DNA of 64,000 nucleotides from contig NC_045696.1 of the NCBI RefSeq assembly GCF_009834535.1, positions 45,696,001 to 45,760,000 on the forward strand, read 5' to 3'. The first letter of the stretch is position 1. Each line of letters starts with the position of its first letter. The stretch is from Camelus ferus (taxonomy: Eukaryota). A model generated the notes under the pieces. The model made no database searches, was not told where the DNA came from, and saw only the letters and a list, made by a program, of their open reading frames with translations. This document shows positions 1 to 10,645 of the stretch, in pieces. The position numbers and the translations under genes are program-made.

Positions 1-484
1 TGTTTTTCAAGTCTTTCAACTCTACGAAAATCTTGCCTTGGATGGTGTTTTGTGTGCAGTGAGCACCTAATAAATGCATGCCAAATTAAATTTCCCCAGG
101 ACGAAACATATGGCACAGATGACTAAAAAGTGAAAATCCTTTATAACATACTGCTTGGCCATCTAAGGGGAAAAAAATCTCGTTAATGCTCATGGTGACA
201 AGTTTATGTCCTGAAACATGAGATCTGATTAGCTTTTTTATTTTAGCTCTCATAACTACTAGTTTTACTGCTGGTCATAAAATTATTCAGCTCATTTTGA
301 AATTCAGCCACAAAACAGAACACTCTGACCTCTTGTGATTATACCAGTTTCTGTGATCATATGACTCCATGGTAGGGGGTTTACTCAAACTATAGTTTGG
401 GAACCCAAAGAGGTCAAGGTGAAGAAATCTCATGGGGGTCTCAGGGATGAGTACACTTTGGGTGCATTTGGCACTGGTACTAGC

Positions 485-487
485 AAA

Positions 488-550
<63 letters not shown>

Positions 551-551
551 A
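485..551. repeat. (AAAT)n tetranucleotide microsatellite, about 16 perfect units
   Basis: Directly visible tandem AAAT array. Confidence 0.97.
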
Positions 552-3371
552 GTGTTTTGCCAGGATCTTATCTTGTAGTCACCATGGCAAGATCATGGAT
601 TCAGGTTTTGTATGTCAGTTCCTCAGCCACGGGCTGCATCCCTAAACTCTTGTTCACAAATACCCATCATTTTCCAGGAATATAACTAAGGCATGCAACA
701 CAGGTGCACCAACCTAAAAGTCCATCAATAATTTACTTCATAAATATGTGTTGAGCACCTACTAGGGCTTCTGAGCTTAATCTGTAGGTAAGAAACTAGA
801 AGCAACACTCTAGTATTTTTTAAGTAAACGTAAACATATGAACTTCCAATGGATTGTAGATCTATGTATCAGATCTGTGGCCACTTTGAGAGAAAATCAA
901 GCATGGGGAGACATCCATAGCCTGGGTTGAGGTCAGCAGGTTCAATCAGGAGAAATAAAAGTAAGTTGAAGTCTCTGGGCTTATCTTAGGTCAATGCACT
1001 TAACTAGGCACCAAGACTCTCTAGGGGTCAATGCCCATAAAGTTGAGCTCAATAGACAGTTTAAAACAGATGTATCAAGACACCTCATGAAATGGGGTGT
1101 GCACTGGCCTCCTATCCATGATTCCTAGCACTACCATTGGAGAGGTGGCAGCAAATTATCCCAACAAGTACTGACAGCAAGCTGCCACTATTCCATACAA
1201 AGAAATACATAGAGATTTCCTATAAAATCAGGAAGCCTTGATAAATAAGGATATATGTACAGCAGCTGAAGAAGTGGGGCTGGGAGAGTAAGAATGGCCA
1301 CAGCCACAGTGATAGAGGAATCAGGCAGGGTTCCACACCATTGAAGCTTTCTCACTGGTGAGGGGCGAGGACAAAAGAAAAGTGCTCTATCCAATGTCTC
1401 TTCTAATGCAAGTAGAGGTACTGGGGGAGATGTCACTGTCTTTTTCTCAGAATCTGTTCAGAAGACCTACCCCCAGATTTGCCAGCCAAGCTTACTACCA
1501 GCTTCAGTGAAAGAAGGTATTCTTGACAGAAAGATGGAATGTGTGGCAAGATTGTTGGGTTCGACCACAGAGGCCACTTTTTATGAAAGCTTCTCTCTTA
1601 AGAATCCCCAAGGCTTTTTTTCCTATCTAGGCCATTCAAAACTCACTGTAGCAATAGAGAACAAAGAACTTCAGAAAGCAGTACATAGAGATGATAAAGG
1701 GAGTGTTCAGGCAAATAGTTGCCATCCTTATGATCCCTCACCCGGATCCCTGCCCACTCTGTACCAGAATGATTTGTTTGTTGGCTCCTTTGTACACCTT
1801 CAGCATCATTTCCCCTCAAGATAGCAAATGTCCCAACTGTGTGAAATATGACGGACATTAAACAACTTTCCATCTTAAAGATAATTATCTCAGTTGCAAT
1901 TTTCTAGTTGTACCATTCTACTTGTAGTAAAGTGGTTTTTGTATATCTCAATTAGGCATCCTCTACTGTATTCTTAGGAACATGGGCAATCTCAGGGATT
2001 AAATCACCAATTCTGGATTGCAGAGCAGACACACATTCACGTGTGTGAACATACACACACATACACAAAGATCTGTTCCTTTATCATTGCAAATAGCTCT
2101 TTGTCATGCATATCAGTCTTCTACTTCACTCTGCCAATTACATGATCTCTTCAGCCACATACTTATTAAAAACACTTAGAGATGAAGGGTTTTAACTGGA
2201 TTTTTCTATGAGATTACCCTATCACTGTTATGATCCAGAACTGAAATAGATGTAGAGATTGTCACAGGGTCAGGATCATAGAAGAGTCTGGATTCCTGGA
2301 TCTTCAGGTCTTGGTTCAGAGAGGACCAAGTTTTCATTGGATAGGTCTAGCCCAGTTACACATAAAGTCATGTGGTGGAAACATTTTAGATTAGCTTAGT
2401 TTTTAAAAAGAAATGTCTGCATTCTTCTTGGAGATATAAAATAAAAGGAAATATCCAATAAGTAACTCTTCAAAACTGTACATCCTGCTTACCTTCTTGC
2501 TGAATCTATTAGATAAGATTGAGTGGACTGAGGGCCCAGGTTTTTGCCTTGTTCTAGTTGTAGTAAAAAGGTACTAGTGGGAAAAAAAGATGTTTATTTG
2601 ACATTTGTGAAATCTGTGCACACTGATCTAACTAACTGCCATCATTATGGTGAAATGGTAGAAATGCAGTGTCATGCACTGGCCATGTATCACTAACTGG
2701 TTTCCTGTCTCTCCTAAATTCTTCCATCTTACAGTGTTCTATCTTGCCAAGTTTCAAATAATTTCACAAATTTTTATAATTAGTGGGCTTTGGACAAGCT
2801 AGGGTCTTTCTAAATGTACTGTATTGGACTCATTTCAAATTTCCTTTGGGATTTCATTTTTTTTCAGACTTCTCGAGTAACAGAAGGTTGTGCATCAGAC
2901 AAAAGATGTTTGAACTATGAGCTAGGTCATTTCTCTTTTCAAAGGTAAGGGAGGGCTTTAACCCTCTCTCTAACTACTGTCCTTTCTTCTTTAATTTACC
3001 TACTTCCTAGTTGGCAGTATGTGGGAGGCCTCCTTGCTTTTCAAGTCCTTCAGGATTTCTCTTACTGGTTGAGGTAACTCACATCAAAATGGACGTTATC
3101 TAATAGACAAACACTAGATTGTCTATAGTGGATAAAAGATTGTAACTTTATATTTATAATATAAAAGCATGCTTTACTGAGAAACTTCAATGTATGTGGA
3201 AAGAGCAGAATACAGGATAAACCAGCCTACACGTTTTCTTAAAGTGTTTTTTTTTCTGTTTTTCTCCTTTCATTTTTATAAAGTGGAAAAAAAGCTTCTT
3301 TTATATCAATTGGGTTTTCCTTTCAACTTCCTTTTCCTTCCCCACAGGAAATATTAAAAATATAACTTAAA

Positions 3372-3433
3372 GAGAAAGACAGGGAGAGAGGGAGACAGAT
3401 AGAGAGACATAGACAGAGAGACAGAGACAGAGA
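3372..3433. repeat. GA/GACA-rich simple repeat
   Basis: Imperfect (GA)n/(GAGACA)n tract. Confidence 0.8.
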
Positions 3434-3459
3434 ATTGAAATCATTTCTACCCACCTGCA

Positions 3460-3790
3460 TTTAACTGGGATATGCTAGGTGCAATAACAGAAAATAGTCT
3501 TATGGCTTAACACAACAAAAATTAATTTCTTGGTCACACAGGGCTTGCTATAGGTCCAGGAAAATCTCCAAAATAATAAGCCTACTTGCACTAAGGGGAC
3601 GCACCATCCTGTAGCTGCACCATCTGAAGCACTTAGCCTCCTTGACGGCAAAACAAGGTAGAGAGTGTTAAAGGTTCACCTTAGCAATTTAGTGCTATGG
3701 CCAGAGAGTGACACAGACCCCCTCTGCTAACAGCTCTGTACAGAAACTGGCCACATGAACTGGATTAAATGAAAGCACAGATATCTTTAA
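3460..3790 (-). mobile_element. Old MaLR LTR fragment (MLT1J/K/L-like)
   Basis: 'gctaggtgcaataacagaaa...ggcttaacacaacaaaaattaatttcttggtcaca' resembles the antisense 3' end of old MLT1 LTRs. Confidence 0.55.
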
Positions 3791-4261
3791 GCTTCCTTTT
3801 TCCCCTCAAAAGAGGTAAAGACATATAGGTGAGCACTCCACTCCCACAATACCCACCTTCGTTTTCCCCAAATTTCCTTTTCTTGACTATAACCAAACTT
3901 CTCTTAGCAAGGAAGGAAATCAGGGAAGGGGAAGTGGGAGATGGCTGCCCTGGTCTCAAGCAGGTTTTACTAGCTAAGACTGGTTGTACAGTTAATGTCA
4001 TCAAAATTACTAAGACTTCATTTCTGTTTCCTTTTCATTTCACTTCCTTGTATACCTGTGCTTCATACTCTGAACCTATAAGGCAAACTATTAAATATGT
4101 TTCATAGCACTACAAGATTAATAGCATTTGCCTATGACAAATATTGTTTAATATTGGCACTTTCATATGTAATATGCAATCCTCAATTGTTTCTTGAATA
4201 ATCACTATTATCACTACTACTTTTATTACTACTTCTACTGCTAAAACTCCTATTATTATTA

Positions 4262-4440
4262 GTTAATATTTACTGATGACTTACTGAGGTAAGCAATTTA
4301 CATATGTATAATTTTTAGAACAATCTATGATGTGAATATAACTGTCCCCATTTCACAGTAAAGAAATTAAATAACAAAGAAATTATATAACCTGTTAAAT
4401 AATGAATCCAGATCTATCTGACTTTAAAGTCTATGCTCCT
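4262..4440 (-). mobile_element. MIR SINE
   Basis: Antisense MIR core 'tccccatttcacagtaaagaaatt' and 'gaatccagatctatctgactttaaagtctatgctc'. Confidence 0.7.
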
Positions 4441-4865
4441 GGTCACCATGGGGAATACAGAAAGTAAGAGAGAATGTATCCTCATGCTATCATGTATAAT
4501 CAGCTATCTTAATACCCAAGATCTTAGGGTAGGTCTGTCAATTGATGCAAATGTTTTGCACAAAACTTAAAATGTGAGGATTCCAGTGTTTAATGGCCCC
4601 AACATGTAACACTATCTTCTTAAGTAAGATGAAAATGGATCTCGAATATTGATCTGAACTTGGATTTACTTTCTGAATCCCAAAGAAACTTATTGGAAAG
4701 ACATCATTTGCAAATACTGCATCATCATCATCATACGTTGCCATGGATAGCACCTCACTTCATTAATTCAAGTGTAAACTCCAGTACTTCATAAAAGTTC
4801 GAGGAGACTAAGCCCTATCACTTTGTGCCAAATTGGTTAATAGTAGCTTGCTCTCCTGATTAAAC

Positions 4866-4931
4866 GTGTGTGTGTGTGTATAACAAAGTGAGTATGTGTG
4901 TGTGTGTGTGCGTGCATGTGGGTGTGTGTGT
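4866..4931. repeat. Interrupted (TG)n microsatellite
   Basis: Visible TG runs. Confidence 0.85.
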
Positions 4932-5879
4932 ATAATTTCTTCCCTCTTACTTTGAAAATAGATCCTTTCAAATCATGTCTTTACTCATGAAGCAAGTGAA
5001 ATAGTGCTTATGCCTTTCAGAACACATTCATGTTTTGGAAATTAAGAAATACATCTATTTGTTCACTGTTAATCTTTACAATCTAGTAAATCCATTTGTT
5101 GTTGTTACTTAATCTAATGCTACCAGTTTTAGTAAATCTGTTATAAATTCCAAAGGAATTATAGAGTCATTTACTATTAAGGTAGATTTGACGGATTGCA
5201 TTAACTTCCTTGACCCTTCCACTGATTTTTCACTGAATAATCTAATTATCCTCACTTTCCTAAGTTACTTATTTAAAAGAAAAATGCATCATGATCCATA
5301 AATTATTATGAGATGTTACCTATAAAGAAAAAACACTGAAGAATATATGTGTTTATATCTAACTTTCTTTCAAAGAGATCTAAAATAATTTATAAGACTT
5401 AAACACTGCAATGGCATAGAAATAGATTAACAAGAACGAGGGAAAAAAGGAAAAATAAGGTAAACAGAAAATAAGATTCAGGGTATGGTTACCCAAAAAT
5501 GCATACCAAAATTCCTTTAAATGTAAGTCATCAGTTTTGCTGTGAGCTTCCTGATAGACAAAACAAAATGGAAAATACTATTATTTTTTAAATTGAGAGT
5601 CGTCTGTAAGGGGATTAAATATAGTTGGTCAGGAATAGCACAATTGATACACACATAAAAGTGTTGACTCTTTGGAGGTTATGTGCTTATTTAAACCATG
5701 CTACCAACTGGAAAAAGATCTTAAATTCTTTTTTTTTTTTTTTTGTAGGAGAGATTGCTTTTCATGGCATAGAAGAAAACTCTTTAGCATTTCATTACCA
5801 TTACTTTAAATCACGTACTAGTTTTACAATAAAATCATACACAAGGGTGATCCATAATATACACCAGATTCATCTTTAA

Positions 5880-6070
5880 ATGATATTCAATGGTTTCCAA
5901 TACCCAAACACAACTTCAGTCTGTAGATATGCCATGATAAAGGATATTCAAAGAGTGGGACAGACTTTGAAGATAATTTACAAAGAAGTGCTCAGAAATA
6001 TTCTGAGCAATGTTGATATCACAGGAAGAGTCATACAAACTCTTAAGGTGAATATTTGAGGAAAATAAAT
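5880..6070 (+). mobile_element. MARNA-like mariner DNA transposon relic
   Basis: 'aggatattcaaagag...cagactttgaagataatttacaaagaagtgctcagaaatattctgagcaatg...aaggtgaatatttgagg' matches the recalled mariner transposase C-terminal segment in MARNA. Confidence 0.6.
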
Positions 6071-6234
6071 GCTTAAATAGTTTTCATTCTTTCTGTGCCC
6101 AAATGATTATATTAGGTTGTGATTGTATCTATGGCAGTCCAGGATAAGCAGGGCATTCCCATAGTGTCCTCTAGCTTAGGGGCACAAATAATCAGTCCTT
6201 ACCCTCAATAAATATATTCTTGGGGTTATTTTTT

Positions 6235-6385
6235 GTTATGCTTCTTGTATACATGTCTTTGTTTCTCCTTTAACTGGAGTAAAAGTTCCTTTAGCAAAAA
6301 GTAGCAAAATTACTTTTTTGTTTTACCTTTGGCCACTAGCAAAGCTCCTGTTAGTTGCCAACAAATACTAGTTGGATAAATGAAC
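6235..6385 (+). mobile_element. L2 LINE 3' end fragment
   Basis: L2-type tail ending 'caacaaatactagttggataaatgaa'. Confidence 0.45.
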
Positions 6386-7699
6386 TATTCTCTGGTCCCC
6401 TGAAACACTCGCAGACTGCCTAGCTCTGCTGTCACTTGCCCTGTACAGATGTGGTCTCAGAACACGTTCTCACATATCTTTTCTTGAAAATTCAGCATGT
6501 TTATGGTAAGGAGATGTGAAAAGTATTACATATCTTTATAATCTCATCTACGCCTTGGGTAAATGCTAATCTGAGATTCTGTAATCTGTGTAACTGGTGT
6601 AGATGACAACATACATAATTTGCTGATACTATTTTCTCAGGCTATTAAGTTCTGCCTAACCTTTTAAGAATAGTGAATTGGAAGATCATGTTCCCACCAT
6701 TTCAGGAAATTGGTAGTGTCACAGCCCAATAACTTGAGAAAATAACATTATTTTAGAGGGTAGGTGAAAAGAGGAAATGGCAACAAAGAAATTATCCTAA
6801 ACCTCAGACTGGAAATAGTAAGTATCTATCCAATAGACCTAAAATTTGTCAATGTGAGAAAAGCAGTAAAAGCATATTATTGTGATTTATTTAACTAATT
6901 CACTCTCCTTTAAAGGTCTCTGGTATTTAAATTGCCAAGTGTAAATGTTAACCCTTTAGTTGTTCTTATAAATGAGCACTGCTTTGTTCACAGTGGAAAT
7001 CCATACTGGGCGAATTTTAAAAATGCTAAGTACAATGGGAGAGATAGGGATCTATTTAATAAATACAATTTAAATCAAATACAATCAAAACCACAAAGGA
7101 ATGTATTACACAAATGGTTTTTGGACATAGAAAAGCAGAAAATGCTGGAAAAGTGGTCTTTAGTCCTCAGTGGGGAAATGCATGAGTCAAAACTCTGTAG
7201 CCTGATGGTTTTTCCTAATTAAGGGGGTGACTAGGAGGGAGATGGTAAAGCAGCCTCAAAATAATGCCGGTTTCCTAGCAACCTTAGCTCCAGTGGTTTA
7301 AACCAGATTTTGAATGCAAACAATAAACCTCAAGTATTGAGCCTGAGAGTGGTGTTAAATATCTTGGGGGAAACAGTGCACCAATTCTTCAAAGGGAATG
7401 CTCTTCTGAGCAGGCAGTGATACCAGTCTGTTTCAAAGCCTTCCCCTGCACTCAGGAGCCTGCAATGAGCTCCACATGAACACTGAGTTTCATTATGCTT
7501 AAATTGCCCCTCTCCTCCCATGCACTGATAGACCCCACTGGTTTCCTGCCGAAAAATAGATTTTAAGAGTTGGGGTGGATCAAACTTGATATGCATCCAC
7601 AAGGATTGTTTACTACTTTGGGATTTGCAGCCTAATTTATCAGATTGTGAATATGTTCTTCATGAGTTTGTTTTTCATCCATTTTCAGTTTTTAAATAA

Positions 7700-7845
7700 T
7701 TTTTAAATTTATTTTAGGTTTTTCTGGGGGGGGATTAGGTTTGTTTGTTTGTTTGTTTGTTTGTTTATATAGGAGGTACTGGGGATTGAACCTAAGACCT
7801 CATGCATGCTAAGCATGCACTCTACCACTTGAGCTATACTCTCTG
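7700..7845 (-). mobile_element. Camelid tRNA-derived SINE (Vic-1 type)
   Basis: Reverse complement reads 'gagagtatagctcaagtggtagagtgcatgcttagcatgcatgaggtcttaggttcaatccccagtacctcc' (Pol III A and B boxes), followed by an (AAAC)n/A-rich tail. Closely similar to the copy at 57761. Confidence 0.88.
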
Positions 7846-8334
7846 CCCAAGTTTCAGTTTCTTGCAGTATTATCAGTCTCATCCTCTAAAACACAGCCTC
7901 AAGAGAGTCAAACTAAGAAGATTCTATGGAATATCTTAAACAAGCATGACCCTCAAAAGCAGCATATGTTTCCAAAGTAGGCCTCATTCATACAAACTGT
8001 TAAACAGAATACTAATGTGAGCAAAAATTTTAAGTGGGTGATTGTATGCAACTTTAGAACCTCTTACTTAATCGCACAATATCCAGTACCTTATGGACAG
8101 ATATGGAGGTTCCAGAAGCACAATCTAGAGTTAGGTCTTGCAGAAGAGGGCCCCTGACTCTCCTCAAGTGAAAAGTAGAAGACAATCAAAGCTGCAGGAA
8201 AGGCCCCAGAGTCTTCAGCCATGATGGATTCTAGCCATTCAACACAGAAGACATTTCCTAGGAAAAGTATATCATTCTCTTCGGGAGCTGAGGAGGGGGA
8301 AGGAGACCTGGGAAACCTATTTGGAGAAACTTTT

Positions 8335-8424
8335 TAAATTAAGCAATTTATTTTAATTGATTGACATACAGTTGTAAAAAAATAATATGGCAACACCTTA
8401 TGTATTCCTTATCTAGTTTCCCAA
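8335..8424 (-). mobile_element. Severely 5'-truncated old L1 3' end with target-site duplication
   Basis: 'gacatacagttgtaaaaaaataata...tatctagtttccca' resembles an old L1 3' end. Flanked by tttggagaaactttt (8320-8334) and tttggagagactttt (8425-8439). Confidence 0.65.
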
Positions 8425-8761
8425 TTTGGAGAGACTTTTAAATCTTGATGTAGTTGGTATACTCAGAGACCATCAGTGAAGTTGTAATGAAGCAAGCTAG
8501 CCTCCAGAAGAGCTTACATTTTGACAGTTCCACATATGAACAAGGATGGTGTTCATTAAATCACCGCTAGCACTCTCAGGTGCAGTATCATTAATAGGTA
8601 GTCCACCAGGAAACACTACATAAAAAACCAGACTAGCAGATTCAAGAGAGTAAGTTCCTAACAGCCAGGAGGGAACTCTTGTCATTTCTCTGCCATATTC
8701 AAACCAAATAATTTTGGAGACTTGTAGGCATTTGTATCTCCCTGAAGCAGGTAGGATTCCT

Positions 8762-9186
8762 TGTCAATAAGGTTCTGTGATTAGGTATTATTAGGCAGGA
8801 TATTTATCAGGGAGAGCTCTTAGGATCAACAGTTGTGGAAGGAATGGATGATAGGGAAAGGAAGGGAAAAAAGCAGTACTGGACAATGAAGGAAATTAGG
8901 CTGCATGCAGTTTCACCACGGAGCCCTTCAGGGTTATTCTGCATTGTGGTGAGGATGCCAGACCTCAATCCTCTTCCTTTGACCAGCCATTGGATGCAAG
9001 CTGCTTTTTAGAAGGGAATGTGATATTATACTAGGGAGCCCTTTCCAACCCAAGGCAATTACAGAAAGGAGAAAAAAAAGAAAAGCTAAGTCAGGTCTGT
9101 CAGCTGGTAGTAGTCCCAGAAGATGTAGGAATAAACACCTCAGTTCTGAAGGAGCACTCAGGTCCCACAAAACAGCATCTACTACA
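8762..9186 (-). mobile_element. ERVL LTR (LTR16-like), 3' LTR of provirus
   Basis: The minus strand starts TGTAGTAGATGC and ends ...GACA. Homologous to 12463-12863 (shared 'gagctcttaggatcaacagttgtgg', 'cccttcagggttatt', 'cattggatgcaagctgc'). Confidence 0.75.
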
Positions 9187-9303
9187 GTACATTGGTTGTA
9201 CTGGTCAGATCTACTCCTGCATATATATTCTGACTGACAGCAGCCAGAGTTGCGGTTATAATGGATCTTTTTTACTAGGTCAGACTCATCAGAAGAAGAT
9301 TGG

Positions 9304-9832
9304 CAGAAGTAAGTCAGACAAAGGAAGACGAATATCATATGATACCACTTACATATGGAATCTAAAATAATGATATAAATACACATACCTACAAAACAGA
9401 AATAGACTCACAGACATAGAAAATAAACTTTTGGTTACCCAAGGGGAAAGAGGCTAAGGAATAAATTTGGAATTTGAGATGATCAGATACACACTACTAT
9501 ATATAAAACAGATAAACAACAGGGACCTACTATATAGCATAGGAAACTCTATTCACTATCTTGTAATATTCTGTAGTGGTAAAGAATTTGAAAAGGGATA
9601 CACACAAACACATATATAGGTATAACTAAATCACTTTGCTGTACACCTGAAATGTTGTAAATCAACTATTCTTCAATTTCTTAAAATGGAAAAAATAAAG
9701 TGTAATCTTTTTAAATAAAATTATTTACAAAATTACATGTAAGAGAAAGTATACATAAAGAATCTAGAAAAGAGCAACAGTGAACAATAAACTTTAGGCT
9801 ACAATCAAAAAAAGAAAAAAAAGAAAGAAAGA
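9304..9832 (+). mobile_element. Artiodactyl-type L1 3' end inserted in the ERVL, with an extra 3' segment and A-rich tail
   Basis: Typical L1 3' UTR ('gaagtaagtcagacaaaggaagac...aaatcactttgctgtacacctgaa...aaatcaactattcttcaat'). TSD aagattgg at 9296-9303 and 9833-9840. Confidence 0.88.
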
Positions 9833-10422
9833 AAGATTGGTGAGAAGAATAAAGTCCATGCCACTGTAGCCGACCTGAAGGCTGTAATTAATGTTCATCA
9901 TCTTGATCCTCTATCATCTCAAAAGCACTTCTTGGTAGTTTTGGGTCTGTGGGCACCATGTCCTTCCAGACTGTGGCTTGTCCATTTTTGTTGCACTCAT
10001 CTATTTATTGTTAAAATATGGTACAGGATACTAAGAGGTATGCAAGTTAGATCATGTGGGAGCCAACCAGACCTCCTTGTCCTAATTGAGTAACAGCAGC
10101 CTTACCTCCTCCTGATGATCTGAGTCAGTTCCCTGCCAGGATGTTGATTCCTCTTTTTGTGTGTTTATCCCTTAGCCCAGGTGACAGCTATAGCTTACAT
10201 GCAGTAGGTCTCTTTCTGTGTCCCCTGCTAAAAGTGTTTCTCTTTGGGTATCAGGACTTTTAAATCCATAAGTCACAGAATTTTTAAGACAGATAGCACA
10301 AATTTCCCAAGATTACTAGGAGTGAGAATAAATGAGGCTTCCCATCCTTCAACCCCTTGACTCTTGAATTCATATTGTGTCCCTAGGGACACAATACCAT
10401 AGAGAGGTCATAGATACAGTGT

Positions 10423-10645
10423 CAAGATTGGTGAACTATGGCCCCAGGGCCAAATCTACCCTGTTGCCTATTTCTGTAAATAAAGTTTTATTGGAACTCA
10501 GCCATACATGCTCATTTACATATTACTTAAGGCTTCTTTCACACTAGAATGGCAGAGTTGAGTACTTGCAACAGAGACCACATGGCTTGCAAAACCTGAA
10601 ATATTTATCATCTGTCTCTTTACAGAAAAAGTTTGCCAACACTTG
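10423..10645 (+). mobile_element. MER58A (hAT-Charlie) MITE nested in the ERVL
   Basis: Terminal inverted repeats caagattggtgaact / agtttgccaacacttg. Internal 'gtaaataaagttttattggaactcagcca'. Confidence 0.85.

Noticed and set aside
4538..4753. ORF with good Kozak context (MATYDDDD...)
   Set aside because: The acidic run comes from a short (GAT)n repeat; no recognisable homology or promoter context.
8934..9386. 150-aa minus-strand ORF
   Set aside because: It crosses an antisense L1 UTR, ERVL internal sequence and an LTR, so it is a chance frame.
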